Assembly (NCBI RefSeq): GCF_000143415.4
Contig: NW_003314412.1
Span: 1-64,000 of the forward strand
Source of the DNA: Selaginella moellendorffii
Taxonomy: Eukaryota > Plantae > Lycopodiophyta
Direction: 5' to 3'
DNA: 64,000 nucleotides
Numbering within the stretch: the first letter of the stretch is position 1; the number at the start of each line of letters is the position of its first letter. The notes under the pieces were generated by a model that was not told where the DNA came from, made no database searches, and was given only the letters and a program-made list of their open reading frames with translations. The position numbers were made by a program, and so were the translations under genes. Positions 35,013-49,412 of this stretch are shown piece after piece.

Positions 35013-37793
35013 CTACCCAGCCTCACTAAAGAGGGGAGCTGCTTATAGAAGAGAAGACAAGCTATACGAAACGCAATGGACTTATCTATTATAAACAGAT
35101 GAGGGTGTAGGTTCTAGAAAGGGAGCTAAAGAAGGTAACCTTAGAAGAGTGTCATAATGGACTTTTTGCAAAACATGGTGGAGTGCCCAAGATGATGGGC
35201 TTACTCAAGAGAAAGTATCATTAGCCAGACATGGCTAAAGACGTCCAAGACTATGTAAAGACATGTCTAACATGTCAACAGGTTAAAAGGTGTGGTGAAG
35301 CTGTTCTTTGAATAAGTGGTTTGAGTGCAGGGAAGGCTAGAAGAAATTATCTCAGATCAAGATAAGATCTTCACTAGTAAGTTTTGGAGAACTCTCCTAG
35401 AATAGTATCACACTAAGTTGAAATTTAGCACAACCTATCACCCACAGACAAGTATTGGGTATTAAGTCAAGTTTGGTGGTACTAACACTTTTTGACAGAT
35501 GGACAAACGGAAAGGGTGAATAAGCAACTAGAACCAAACTAATTGAGTAAGTCATTTGGGACTTGCGGAAATATGCTATAACAACTCACTTCCATTTTGA
35601 AAGGAAGGCCCAAGCCCTTAGGAAAGGTGAGGACTAATGAACCACAAGGTACTCAAGTGGGGCACCACTCCACTTGAGCTGGGAGCACCATAGTCAATTT
35701 CCCTTCTGGGAGTGGGAGCTATTTTTAAGCACTTCCTTAGGTTGCCCTTTTGGCACCACTCGAATCCATGTTCACTCCCACCCAAGGCCCTTAAGCCTCA
35801 ATCTCAACTTCAAATCAGTTTGGAAGCACCACTAGAGAGTTTCTTCAAGACTGGTTCCTAGACCTCACTATCCCTACTATACTTTTGGAACCCCTTACAG
35901 TCCCCTCTACCCCTTTGGGAGACACATGCTTTGGGCTTTCACCCCATGACCTATATTAGTATTTCGACTCGGTTTCAGACTTGATCTCAGACTCAATCTC
36001 AGACTCGACCTCGGACTGGGTCTCGGACTCGATCTCGGACTCGGTCTCAGACTGATCTTGGATCTCAAACTTGGTCTCGAACTCAGTCTCGAACTCGGTC
36101 TTGAACTCGGTCTCAGAATCAGTCTTGGATTCAATCTCGGACTCAGTCTCATCCGATGAACTCTTTATCATTTTGGTCGTGCTTTCAGGGATCCTTCAGC
36201 CTACAACACCTTGGAGAGTTGGTTCCTTACAACTCTACCATCTATAAAAGAAGTTTGATGCTCACATTGAACATCTCTTTTTATGACTTGTTAACCATGT
36301 CTCTAGGGGCATCCCCCCCATTTAGAGGTGTGCCTAAATTAGCCTCCCTAACCAAAAGCCCATGACAATGGACTATAGGTGTCTCTATACCCCTCACCTC
36401 ATCATGCCTTAGTATGGGGTTGGGCCTTGAACCTAGCCATGCTTTACTATAGGATTGAGACTCGAACCCAACCTCCACAGAATACGTCTATAAATTTGAC
36501 ATCCCTATGAGGAGTCAAGTGTAGTTCCCTATGCCTGGTCGACCTAGCTAACCCATGCTAATTAGCTTACCTTTGGTGCGCATTTAGGTCTCAACATATG
36601 ACATTGCTCAATGTTTCAAATAGATTCTTTAATTGAATTTTGCATTTTGAATTGAAAAATACATAAAGTTCTACCTTGCAAAAATTCTTTCATTATATCT
36701 CGCGCATTTGCTAGGCTTTCCTTCAGTTCCTATATTGCTTTATTGTGTGGAAATCCTTTCCACTTCACATGGAACTCCCTCACCTTACGTTCTTGTCACT
36801 TGCTCTTGCATGCATTAAGGATAGCCTTGACTTTATATTCCTCTTCCCCTTGGATCACCTCAGATAGAGGTCTTATTTGGTCCTTGCAAAGTGGATCCTC
36901 AAAATATGGGTTGAGTAAGTTCACGTGGAACACAAGGTGCATTTTCCCTATCTCCCAAGGAAGTCGAAAGTAGTAAGCCATTTTACCAATTCAAGCCCCA
37001 ATCTCATAAGGCCCCACAAACCTACTTAAAGAACTCAAGATTAGTTCATTTCTAGGAATACATGCATTTTACCTTTGGTTTAACTTCCGACTAATCCCAC
37101 TTGGTAACCTTAGGTTCTTGGTGTTCAGCTATACCTTATCCCCAGGTTAGAACTTTATATCTTAATACTTTTGGTTCACATATTTAATTTGCCTTTGTTG
37201 AGCTTGTTCTAAGGAATCCCTTACTAAATTCTAAATGTTGAGTCTTTCTATTGTAAACACCTCCATTGCAAGTAACTCTCCATGATATTCAATCATGCTG
37301 GGTTCTACAAGACCTTCAATAGCTCACCCATTGATGACTTCCCATAGACTCACCTTGATACTTGAATGTGGGAGAGTAAGGGTACCTATACCAGGCCATT
37401 AAGCCACAGTGTTTCTCCCCGGTGTCCCGAACCAAGTGTTGCACCCAAGGTTTGGGATTTAGAGAGTCCTATGATTACACCTTGTTGTACCAAGGGATGT
37501 TAGGAACCTGGAGGCTTGGTGTGCTTGGCTGCTTATGCTGGCGGGGAGTGTAGTTGAACCTTAAGTCTAGTCTAACCTGAGGAAGGAGATTGAGAGAGAA
37601 TTTGGGAATTCGTGGATAGATGGCTAACACTTCATTACTTATACAGTGAGATATTGAAGCTAAGTAAGACCAAGTAAGAGTTGGTACAATAGGTGGGAAC
37701 TTTGGCAAGGGAACTTAACTAAGGCAAAGGTAATAGTGGTCATATAAATGAGGTAATTTGGCAAATTGAAAAGGAGAAATTTTGTGGCTTACA
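35013..37793. mobile_element. Older truncated family A copy (integrase-chromodomain-3' LTR) with internal inversion 35591-37370
   Basis: 35013-35590 (+) matches ~3990-4770 with a deletion. 37370 to 35591 (-) continues it. 37371-37793 (+) completes the LTR ...GGCTTACA. Both introns are present (35452-35498; 37022-37072 on minus). Confidence 0.88.
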
Positions 37794-37949
37794 CCAAAGT
37801 CACATTTGCTACACTCTCCCCCCCTTATCAAACAAGCAAACCCCCTGATCAATGCCTTCATTGATGCATACCCAAGTCTAGCAAATTGTTAAGAAAACAA
37901 CTTTGAAAGTTAATGGAAAGCACATTATATGGGAAACACACCGAATTAA

Positions 37950-40900
37950 ATGAGTTACAGAACTACCTCTCTTCTACCAAAAACATTAAGACTTAGACAC
38001 CCTTTGGTCGTCATTGACAAGGAAATGACTAATGGAGTTAGTCACCTTTACTGTTTTGAGCACCACTCGGCTTATAAAGGAATGATACATCCCTACTTGT
38101 AGGGACATAGAGAGAGAGTCAGAGGCCCAATTTCCCCTAAGCAAGAAATCAACCCCATCTGGAAGATTTAGACAACTATTATAAATTTGTAGAGGAAGTT
38201 GTTTACATGACAACAATCTGTTGAGGCACCCCATGAGCATTCCCTTGTAGCATCTCCTATAGAGAATAGCTAATAGCATTGTAAAATGTGTTATTATAAC
38301 TGATTTCTACTGTGTCTAAATGCTCAACCCAGTCGCGTTGGTTTGCCGTGACATAATACCATAGATAATCCTCCACTTGAGCATTCACACATTCAGTTTG
38401 CCCATCGGTTTGAGGATGATAAGCCATACTAAACTTCAACTTGGTACCGAATAACTAGAATAGTGTGTTGTAAAACTTCATAAATCTCAAATCTCTGTCT
38501 GAGATCATCTCTTTGGGAAGACCACTAACCTGCACTAATTCATGGAAAAAGAGCTTTGTTGCTTGCTTCACATTCATTGTTTCCACAGTTGGAATGAAGT
38601 GTGCAATCTTCGACAATCGATCCACAACCACCATCAAAGTATCATAACCCTTAGACTTCGGCAAGCAAGTGATGAAGTCAAGTATCACACTCTAATAGGG
38701 CTTTTCATATTTATCCTCTTAAAAACCATAGAAGTCCGATTTCGACATGCTCGAAACTGACAAAAAGCATATGGGGGGGTTGTGATGAAGGGAGGATCCT
38801 TGGAACTAGAGTTCAGTTCTGTGCAGATCAAATCAAGGAACTAGAGTCCATAGAGTTCACAGAACTGGACTATCCAAGAACAGAGTTCTGATCATGGTGG
38901 ATCCACGACCAAGGTAAGAAAGGAATCAGCCAACACAACTATACCGTACAAATTGGAACTTCAGTGTGCCATCAAAAGTTGTTCCATTACCGAGTGCAAT
39001 CAGAAGGTAGCCACGTTGTTTGAAGGACCCGGTGCGTGTCGGAGAATAGTGTCCTTTGCATATTCAAATGGCACCTAAGCGAGTGGTCCCCTCCTTAAGT
39101 GGAGCTTGGCTCTCCGGACCCCAAAACTCCAAACCTCAAGTGAATGAGGAAGGAAGGACCCTGCCAATAAGGTTCTGTGCAACTAGTGTCCTTGGAAGAA
39201 GTTCCAGCAACCGTGGACTCCAAAGCCCCAAACTTGAACCGTGTCCCGAAATTTGGACGTTTGGATCTCGCTTGTGAACCGTTGGATTGCCACGGAGTTT
39301 TTCTGGTGTGTGCTCCTTCAGAGGATCTATCTTCCCACCGTTGCGATTGGCGAAAAGGTACCTGGTTCAGCCGCCGCCGCAATCCCTAGGTCGTCCATAA
39401 CCCTAGCCACCGCCATAGATAGGGTCACCTTGATCTCCTGATTCCTGGCTCCAAATCGCTTGTTCTTGGACTCACAATGATCGTGGGGATGTGCTCTCTC
39501 CAGCCGTGAAAAGGAATCATGGAAAATACAGGTGGGCAGCTTGCAGTGACTAAAAGAGTACTCTTAAACATGTTTGCTCATGGAACATGCAAATCCATTG
39601 AAACCAAAGCACGACTCGCTCTCAGCATCATCCTTATTGCTCTCCTAGTCCTACTCCTACTTTGGATCAAGCACGAAAGTTGACTCTCAAGGCACTCCTC
39701 TTCTTGCTAAACTTAGGGTTTTTCTCCTCTAGTCCAACTTTCTCAAGTATCACACTCTGAAATGGCCATGCCAGTGCTGGAATGCATTGCAACTTTCCAA
39801 CCTACTTCTTAGTTCTGCACTTACATTGTTAGCATATAGGGCAGGAACAGACATAATCCGCTACATCACCTTCCATACCAGACCAGAAAAATCCCTTTTT
39901 CAATGAAGTAAGTGTCTTGCATTTTCCACCATATCCTACTGCCGGAACATCATGATATTCCCGTAAAAACAACAGCTGCTGATCCTTAAAGGGAAGATAT
40001 AATCTTTCTTGCTTATAGAATATAAGCCTATCCCAAACTGAGAAGTGAAGCATTGCTGGTTTGACTAGCAACTTTCGTTGTTTCACTATTAAGGTTCTGC
40101 TTTGACAACTCTTCATGGTGCAAGATTGCCTTCGCCAATGGATTACTACCATATGAAGCCCGAACATCCTCCAACTAGTCTAAACTGATTGCTTATATTG
40201 CCCAGAATTGAGCCTAACAACTCAACGTATCCAGAACAATATTGTCTTTACTAGGTTTATATATGATTTCAATATCAAATCTAGCAAGCTTCTTTTGCCA
40301 ACGAGCCTACTTTGGCATAAGCTTAGGCTGCATAGCAAAGTAGCTCAATGTGTTATTATTTGTATAAACCTTAGTATGCCCACCCAAATAGTATTCTAAT
40401 GTTCCAACATCGACACTATAGCAAATATCTCTTTCTCATGCATTGGCCATCTTCATTGGGTTATATCCAATTGCTTGGAATAGAATGCAATGGGACAACC
40501 ATGTCACCTTAGTGTAACACCAACCACTTTATCACAATCTTGTTGCAACACAACACCAATAGCATAGCCAGATGCATCACAATGCACTTTGAAGGGTTTA
40601 TTAAGATCTAGGATCCTAAGAACAGGAACCATAGTCAAGATTTCCTTCAACCATACAAAAGCACATTAACAAGCCGGTGTCCAATGAAATGGTATACTAC
40701 TCTTTGTTAACTTAGTTAACGAAAGAGCCATTCTTGCAAACTTGTAGACAAACTTGTGATAGTATTTAGCCAAACTAAGAAAGGAACAAACATCTGATAT
40801 AGTGGTTGAGACTCCTAGGACTTCACTATTTCCACCTTCTTTGGATCCACCACAATTACACCACCATCAACATATCTAAGAAAGTTCACACACAATTGTC

Positions 40901-41960
40901 CAAAAGTGCATTTACTTTCCTTAGCATATAGTTTGTGTTCACACAACTTCTGAAACACCAAAGCCAAATGTTTCAAATGATCCTCCAATGTTTCACTGAA
41001 GACTAGAACATCATTGATATATAGGACAACAAATGTGTCTAAATAATCTTTAAATATTCTATCCATCATAATGTTGAATATTGCCAGAGCATTACATAAC
41101 CCAAATGGCATGATAAGGAACTCATAAGACTCGTACCAATTCTTAAAAGCTGTCTTCTCCACATCCTGATTTGCCACCCATATCTAATGATACCCAGATT
41201 GCAAATTAAGTCGTGTAAAATACTTAGCCTTTAAGGGTTGGATAAACAAGTCATAAATGTGAGGTAGAGGATAACTATTTTTGACAGTAATTTTATTAAG
41301 TGCCCAATAGTCAATACACATCTTCATGGTTCCATCCTTTTTCATAATAAAAAGGACTGACACTCCATAAAGTGACTTGCTTGGTCAGATATAACCTTTG
41401 TCAAGAAGCTTTATGAGTTGTTTCTTGAGTTCAACCATCTCCTTGATGTTCAAACAATATGAAGGTTTTGTAGGTGGTTTAGAATCTAGAATGACCTCAA
41501 TCCGATGATCAACCTCACAGCTAGGAGGTAACCCTAATAGCAAATCCTTTGGAAAGATATCCTGATTCCTCACCAACAACTCCAATATCTTCTTTGGTAC
41601 AGGATCAACCCCATCACTAATTTGAATTGAGTCACCATCACTCTTAGCTTCCATCATTTGAACCCAAAAGGTCCAACATAGCTACTTTTTGAGTGACTAT
41701 CATAGTCAGGAACTTAGCATCCCAATCCTTTGAGGAGCATTTTTGCAACTAGAAGGATACATCAGAACGTCCTTTTGACCTCAATATGATGTGACTTTGT
41801 CCAGCACCATAAATCCCTTTAATATATTTGTTGAAGAAATTCATATCAAACACCATCTAAAAATCTGGTATCTTCAACACTACCAAATCCACTTTTTCTT
41901 TCCACTTAGATATTTTTATTGGACTATCACTCACAAATTTTCTAGCTACTTACCAACCTT
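37950..41960 (-). pseudogene. Decayed Ty3/gypsy pol (RT, RNase H, integrase), no intron at the YHPQTDGQTE site
   Basis: [21 protein letters not shown]; CDASG; EYHD..CPIC; ISDRD; YHPQTDGQTE uninterrupted. Confidence 0.85.
38694..39742. mobile_element. 1049-bp insertion of unknown type with 16-bp flanking direct repeat
   Basis: TCAAGTATCACACTCT at 38678-38693 and 39743-39758; splits the integrase of the host element. Confidence 0.75.
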
Positions 41961-41964
41961 TTGC

Positions 41965-42345
41965 AAACCACCATGGCCTAACGGCCCAGTATAGGTACCC
42001 CCCCCCCCTCCATCCCAAAAGGAAGGCCCAAGCCCTTAGGAACAGTGAGGACTAATGAGCCGCAAGGTACTCAAGTGGGGCACCACTTCACCTGAGCCAA
42101 GAGCACTGCAGTCGATTTCCTTTTTGGGAGGGAGCTAGTCTTGAGCACTTCCTTGGGTGGTCCCTCCGGCACCACCCAAGTTTATGCTTACTCCCACCCA
42201 AGGCCCCTTAGCCTTAGTCTCAACCTTAAATCAATTTGGAAGCACTATTAAAGAGTTCCTTCAAAACTGGTTTTTAAACCTCACTATTTCCATTATATTT
42301 TTGAAATCCTCTGCAGCCCCCTGGGAGACACACGCTTTGAGCTTT
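41965..42345 (-). repeat. Family A LTR fragment
   Basis: Reverse complement of ~6215-6720. Confidence 0.8.
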
Positions 42346-45265
42346 TGTTAGGGCGCGGCCACACACACACACACACACACATAGAGAATATTTTGGTCTT
42401 TAGAATATTTCCTATCTTCCTTGTATAAAACCCTTGCCCCATAAGGGCAAAGGGGGCATTTTGTGAAGAGCATTGAAGCATTTTTTATGTTTGAGTGAGC
42501 GTTGGGGGAGGCGCCCTTCTTTCCCCCAACAAATGGTGAACCCAGTGTGACGCACAGCACTTTCAAAGGCGTCATTTCTCTCTTTTTCTTTTGGCTGCAG
42601 ACTTTGGGAAGGAATTTCTTATTCATCTGGCGGTGGTTTTGTTTGATCTTGGGATTGTTGGATAGGTCTAGAGCTTCTCTTTCAAGCAAGGTATACCACT
42701 TATCAAGCCGTGCAATATTTGAAGAGATACAATGTTTCTTGGCCCGGTCAGATGAACATTTTGGGGTTTTCACTTTCTTGCCTAGATCCTCGCCCAATTT
42801 CTCAAGGTAGTTCATTTGGGCTTGTAGATCTAGCCTAGATCTATGAGTAGTGGTGATTCTTGGCACTAGATTTGGGTAAATTGACGGCATGCAAAAGGAT
42901 TTTCTTCTTCGGCTAGATTGGGTCATCTTGGTAGTAGGAATTCGTGCTTCTTCGGGCTTTGTTTTGGATGTTGTTTGTTTCTAGAGGTGCTATTGGTCCT
43001 GGGCTTTCCAAAAATACCAACGGCACCTTAGTATCAATCTACATCAGTGACATGCACATGTTTTTCGACAATATTGGTGTTCTAGGCTACCTCTTCTTGG
43101 ATTTCGGGGAATATTGAGGTAGCTTCTTCACAAATTCTTGTGATAGAGGGTAGATGGGGTTGAGCCCTTTCCAACGAGCCCACCAAAATTCAAAATGGGG
43201 AAGGATCGAGACCAAAGGACTCATTTTTCTCTTTCAGGTTGAACTTTGTTGGGAGTTCCTTGGGAACGAAGAAATCTTCAAGGAGTAGGAGTAGGCGTAG
43301 GAACAGGAACATGAGCAGGAACAAGAGTTGGCACAAAAGTAGGAGTCGATGTTGGAGTAGGCACAAGAGTAGGAGCGAGAGCAGGGGGTTACCAGTTATA
43401 GGTTATAGGTTCCCAATTACTAGTTACTAGTTACTGGTTACCGGTTACCAGTTACTCCAAGAGGCATTTTGGGCGACTTTAAGCAACTTGAGCACTAGCC
43501 TACAGTCTTCTTGCTCCTGTCAACCCAGTTGCCTTGACCAAGCATTTGCCGTGTTCAGGGTATTTAATGCCGATACAAACTACACATGCGACAAATTGGC
43601 ACCCTTTTACCATACTTCAAGGCCGTAAGGTATGGAGTAAACTTTCTAACATCCAAAGGCAGCTTAAGTACGACACAGCACCTTCTCGGGCCGAGTCCTC
43701 TTCATCCTCAGCAGATTCTAGTGACTTCAATCTACGAGCTATGGCACAGCCACCTTTAGCTCGACCTCAGCTCCATGTTCTGCAGAGGGGGAGTGATCTA
43801 CTGACCTTCTCAGGTGTTGGAATAGTCTCTCCAGCATCACATATCAGTCACTTTGATTACTACTGCACCATAAACATGATTGTCGACGATGATTGTATGT
43901 GCCGCGACTTCTTGCAGTCTCTTGAAGGCAAAGCAACAACTTAGGCAAATTCTCTCTTCCTAAAGGACCGGACAAACTTTCGGACACTACTTGCTTCTTT
44001 CAAGGAATGTTTTGTTGAAGGAAAACCCACAAATCAGCTACTTGTCGACCTCTTTTCGTTCTGACAGGGTGTTCACGAGTCTGTTCCTAACTACATCACC
44101 CAGTTTTGAGCATACTGGAAGCAATGTTGGGATCACAGAGTGGTCCAAGATGAATAACAAGGGATCACAGCATTCATGGCGGGTCTGCATGGGAACTTGT
44201 AGCGGAAACTTCTTAAGAAGATATTCAGGTCTTGCTGCGAGGCATTTTCATTTGCCACGAAGTAGGAAAGAGAGCTCCTTTTCGACCTAGGGATTGCTAG
44301 AGTTGATTTCAACCAAGCCATCACCCCATCAGAGTCACCTTGTGCAGCTATTCATTCATCCACACCAAAGCCCATCGCTATTAAGCATACACCTCCGGCT
44401 ATTGAGAACTTTGCCAACGAGATGCAGCAGCTGAAGGAGATCATTCTTCAGCAACAATCACACCATAACAAACTGCTCCAGGAGCTGGTGGAGTCCAGGA
44501 AAGAGGCTGCTACAGCTCGGGAATGCAAATTTAAGTCCCGTTGATGAACTCACTGCGAGACGAACACACACAACACGTTGTGTTGCTTCAAGCTTCACCC
44601 AGAGCTTTGGCCTCCACCTTCTCAACGTGTCCAACAACATCCCTTTACTGATAATTCCACATCGTCTCAGGGTCCAAAGACATATCAGGAGCAATTGGAG
44701 CAACAAGCAATTGAGGCAGCCCATTTGTCAAGCAAAGGCAAGGCACCAGCCTCATCGGCCAACACGACTTTAGTTGCTGAGGAACTCTATAGGCAACAGC
44801 AGCAAACCGCAGCCACTCGAGCCCAAGCGAAGAAGAAGGCAACCACTCAGCCTGCTATAAATCCCCAGGCACTAGTTGAGAGTGAATCTCTATCAGCACC
44901 AAATTCAGTGACACAGAGGATGGCTTGTAAGCTCCCCTTCAAGTCACTACTCTCTTCTCCTCCTGAGATCTCACCAACAGCTATTCCTATTCTGGAGCCA
45001 GTTCTTCAACAGCTAGTTGACACTCCTATCACCTTTTCGCTCCGAGACATGCAGCCAGCGTTTAGAGGAGTTTGCACGGTCAGGAACACCAGAGAGCACT
45101 CTCAAGAGGACTCCTCAAGATGTGCACATTGTCGACATAACAACATACAGTGGAGATCCTAGTCCATTCTTCATCCCGGTGCAGATTGGTACTTCCTCTT
45201 GTAGGGTGGATGCTTTGGTTGACTCTAGTCCTGGAAGCAATATTATCTCTCTTGAAGCTACCTTT

Positions 45266-45459
45266 TGTAAGCAACCAAAGAGAATGACTCGAGAGACGGT
45301 CCATGGGGTTCAAATATAGAGGGAAAGGGCCCATAAATAAGAGTGCACCCCTTTTTTCAATCAGTTAAAGGTTTTGGGATACTTGGAGTTAAACGTCCTT
45401 GGGTTTGAATAGTACTGGGCTGGGTGACCTCCCGGGAAGTCTAAACTCAAGGGCTTACA
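45266..45459 (+). mobile_element. Cassandra-like TRIM solo LTR with 5S rRNA-derived core
   Basis: TGTAAGC...GCTTACA termini; 5-bp TSD CCTTT. 45387-45441 resembles the plant 5S rRNA internal promoter region (A box to C box). Confidence 0.88.
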
Positions 45460-48400
45460 CCTTTTTGGCACAACTACAGATCACAAAGAGCTCCTCCATC
45501 ATGCTCAAGACCTTCGCAAACCACACCGTTCCTCCAGCAAGCATTTGCTATGGTGTCAAGGTCTCAATGCAAGGTGATATTTCTGAGGTAGATTTCCTCG
45601 TAGTTGACTACCAGCATCTGGGAACATCCTCGTTGAAGGACTCTATCATCCTTGCCTACTCATGGCAAGTCACAACCCATTGCACCATTGACAGCACACA
45701 AGGTAAGATGGAAATTAGTGATGGAACCCATAGTGCCACCTTTCTCAACAACTACGGTAGAGCTCTTTCTCAACAAACCCAGTAGGCTCAAACTAAGATG
45801 ACCTCCACACCATACTTTCCTCCTGAGCTCATAGAGGTTTTGCCTGAGTTGGCGGTGGAGTCGACCATCTATATGACAATGCTTTCTCATGCAATGTGAC
45901 TGACATGGTTGGAGGTGAGTCAGATAGCCCAAGACATCTTTCAGCTTCACTCTCTTTATTTGAGAGTAAGGCCAAGCCTCTAGTAATGCCCTCTTTATTT
46001 GATGGTGGGGCTGATAGTGTACACGCTCCCATATACAACTTTCCAGAGTGTTTCTTGATAGAGGAAGGGCTTCTCGGTTTGTTCTTTGCATAGGACCAAC
46101 ACTCTCTTATGGAGCTTGATGACATAGTCACTCTAGACCAGGTCCATCTTTCATAAGACACAGCTGAACTCAATCCTCCTCAACAACTATCTGAGGTGTC
46201 ACACAGCCCACATCTTCCTACTGAAATCGCAGTAGCTGACGACTCCGAGTGTATTTTGTCATGCCATTTCTTGGAGACAAAGGATGACATCCAGACACGT
46301 GACTGGCAGAAAGAATCAAGCCAATCGAATGTGCTATATGCAAGTTATAGCTCTTTGAGTTCAAAATTTTCTACCGTGGAGCTCCTAGTTATAGGTCCAA
46401 GTGTATTACACTGAAACTTTAGCACCAGACTTGGACTTGACTTCAGTGGAGGATCTTCCTTCACTTGTAGAGTACTTGGCTACAGTCCTTGCATTGGACA
46501 TTGAGCACTCAGAGCATCAGAAGCAAAAAGAACAACAGACAAAGACTCCGGATCCAACAACAACGTTCTTGCTAGACTTGCCAGAGACGGTCTTGCCAGA
46601 TGTGATGTCCCCAGAATCTTTATTCAAAGAAGAGGACACTCCTATGATTTCTTCCCCAAAAACTAGGTTGCTGGCATTGGAGTTTTGATGATTGATTTTG
46701 TGGAGAACAAAGTAGCTGACCTCTCTATCACTTTGCCAGCAACATCAGCTAATGAAGCAGAGTACTTGGCAACTATCAATGCCATGAAGTTGGCCACAGA
46801 TTTCAAGTTTAGGCGAGTCACTTTCATTGGAGATGCGCAACTCATCATACACCAACTTATTGGAGAATACCAAGTCCACAAAGAGAACCTGAAAGAGCTA
46901 TGGCAGCAGGTAGTCAACCTAAAGGATGAGTTCTTTTAGGTGACTTTTCAAAGTGTCCCTCGTGAAGAAAACTTTTGGGCGGACAGGTTATCACATCAAG
47001 AAATCACCATGATGTGGGAGGCAAAAGGCACTCCCTGCTCTTCGGTTTCCAATGTCAAGGAGGAATCTAAGATAGATGAACCCCTTGATCCCAAGGCTTC
47101 TCCAGACTCTAGGGTTCATATTGTTTTCCTAGTTGATGTCAAGGACCCTGTCTTTATTGCCGGTCAAGGTACAACCAGATCTTCATTCATCCCAATAATC
47201 AAGATCTTACGGCCTTCCGGACACCTTGGGGCGTCTTCACTTTCAATGTTCTCCCATTTGGCTTGTGTAATGCAGGAGCTACTTTTCAGCACTTTATGAC
47301 CCACGCCTTTCATGATCTGATTGGAGGTGCCTTGAGGGTGTATATGGATGATCTGTGCATGACCTTTGACTCCTTTGAGGACCACCTTGTGCACTTGGAG
47401 CAGATCTTCACTAGCTGCCGACAACACAGGTTTTCATTGAACCCGGAAAAGTGTAAATTCGGGGTGACTGAAGGCCAGTTGCTAGGCTTTGATGTCTCAC
47501 AGGATGGGATCAAATCCCAGGTAGCCAAGGCTAAGGAGATTCTGGATTGGAACCCACCAACCAATGTGAAGTAGCTTCGCAGCTTCCTCGAGCAAACAGG
47601 TTTCTTTCGCTGTTTCCTCCACAGCTATGCTGCACGTTCACGACCTCTGATAGCTCTGTTACAACACAACATTCCATTTGTCTGGGGTGAGTCCCAGCAA
47701 CAAGCCTTTGAATCACTAAAGCAGTCACTCCACACGGCCCTGGTAATCCAACCACCAGAACAACAACTTCCTTTCAACATTTATATAACAACAAGTACAG
47801 AGGCTTTTGGAGTATGCCTTTGCCAATCTTCATAGCCCAGCAAGCCACCACATGCAACATACTATGCCTCACATTCATTCAAGGAGACTAAGAAGAAGTA
47901 CGTAGATGCAGAAAAAGAAGCAGTGGCTGTTGTTTACACCTTGGAGCAATTTCGTCACTTTCTCGTTGGAGCCCGTATCCATTTCCATGTCTATTTTAAT
48001 GTGCTGACCTTTCTTTTACAGTGACCGGTTCACAGTCTTCGTACTTTATCTCTCAAACATTGCAATGCGAGGAAATGGACCATCCAAGAGTTCCAGCCAA
48101 CTTTTCACATGCGGCAGAAGCGTGTGATGGATCCAAGCGAGTTCCTAGTTGCTGAAGCTACTTCCTTTGTGGTCCCAGCAGCATTATAGGACATTGTAGT
48201 GTACCTGGATTCAGGTCAGTTCCCAGCAGATTCCTCACCAGTACAACAAAAGGCATTGGAGATCCGAGCATGGGGGTTTTGCCTTCTCAACAGACACCTT
48301 TACAGGAGAACTTCTCAAGAAGTTTTGTTGCGGTGTGTGGGTGAACATGAGGTCTCTAAGCTCCTTCACACTTTCCACTCTTGTGTGGGGCATTTCTTGG

Positions 48401-49412
48401 GATGGGTCACAGCATAGCTCTTCTTGTGCCATGGCTACTTTTGGCCTTGGATTCATCAAGATAGCTTGGCCTATGCAAAGGCATGTGAGCAGTGCCAACA
48501 GTTCAACCCCCGAAGCCATGTTCCACGTCTTCCTTTCCAGCTCATCACTTCTCCGAGTCCCTTTTTCCAATGGGGACTTAACTTCGTCAGCCCGATCAAC
48601 CCACTGAGCTCAAAAGGACAGCAATAGATCATCGTGGCGATAGACTATTTCACAAAATGGGTTGAGGCCACCCCTTTGTGATAGGCAGATCCACAGTCTA
48701 CAACAAAGTTTGTCTACGAGTACATTATTTGTTGATTCAGAGTTCCTGCCATTTTGATTTCTGATCGTGGTAGCGGCTTCCTTGGACAGGTGATGTAGCA
48801 TCTTCTCCAATGGCTACAGGTCAAGCACATGAAGAGCAGCAGCTATTATCCTGAGTGCAATGGCCAAGTGGAGTCCAGCAACAAGATATTGAAGACAGTC
48901 ATCTCAAAGCTTGTGGAGGATCACCCAAGGCATTGGCACGAGCACTTGGTTATGGCATTGTGGGCCTTTCAGACGTCCTTCAAGACATCCATCTTCGTGA
49001 CCCCATTCTCCCTTGTCTATGGGATAGAGGCCATGCCTCTAGTGAAGATCTATATGCCATCACTCTCACTTTCACTTTGATACGCAGCAGCGATGCAGCT
49101 TAGCGATGAGGACAAGCTTCATGCACATGACTTGGAGGTTTTCACCTTGGAAGAACAACGACGATCTACATCTGAACATCTCCTTCAAGCAAGCAGAAGA
49201 TCAACTCAGTCATTGATCACCAACAGTCTACCAAACCATTCGAGGATGGCGATCTTGTTCTACTCAAGGAGTTTACGCCGCCTTCAAAGTTCTCTCCTCG
49301 CTGGACTAGCCCCTACTTTGTCCAGTGACACATCAAAAGTGGAGCATATGTGCTAGTTAATGCTAATGGACGTGAGCTCCCACATGCTCACAACCACTCT
49401 CACCTCAAACGC

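Noticed and set aside
45387-45441. Functional 5S rRNA gene
   Set aside because: Only ~55 nt of diverged similarity, enclosed in an LTR with TSD.
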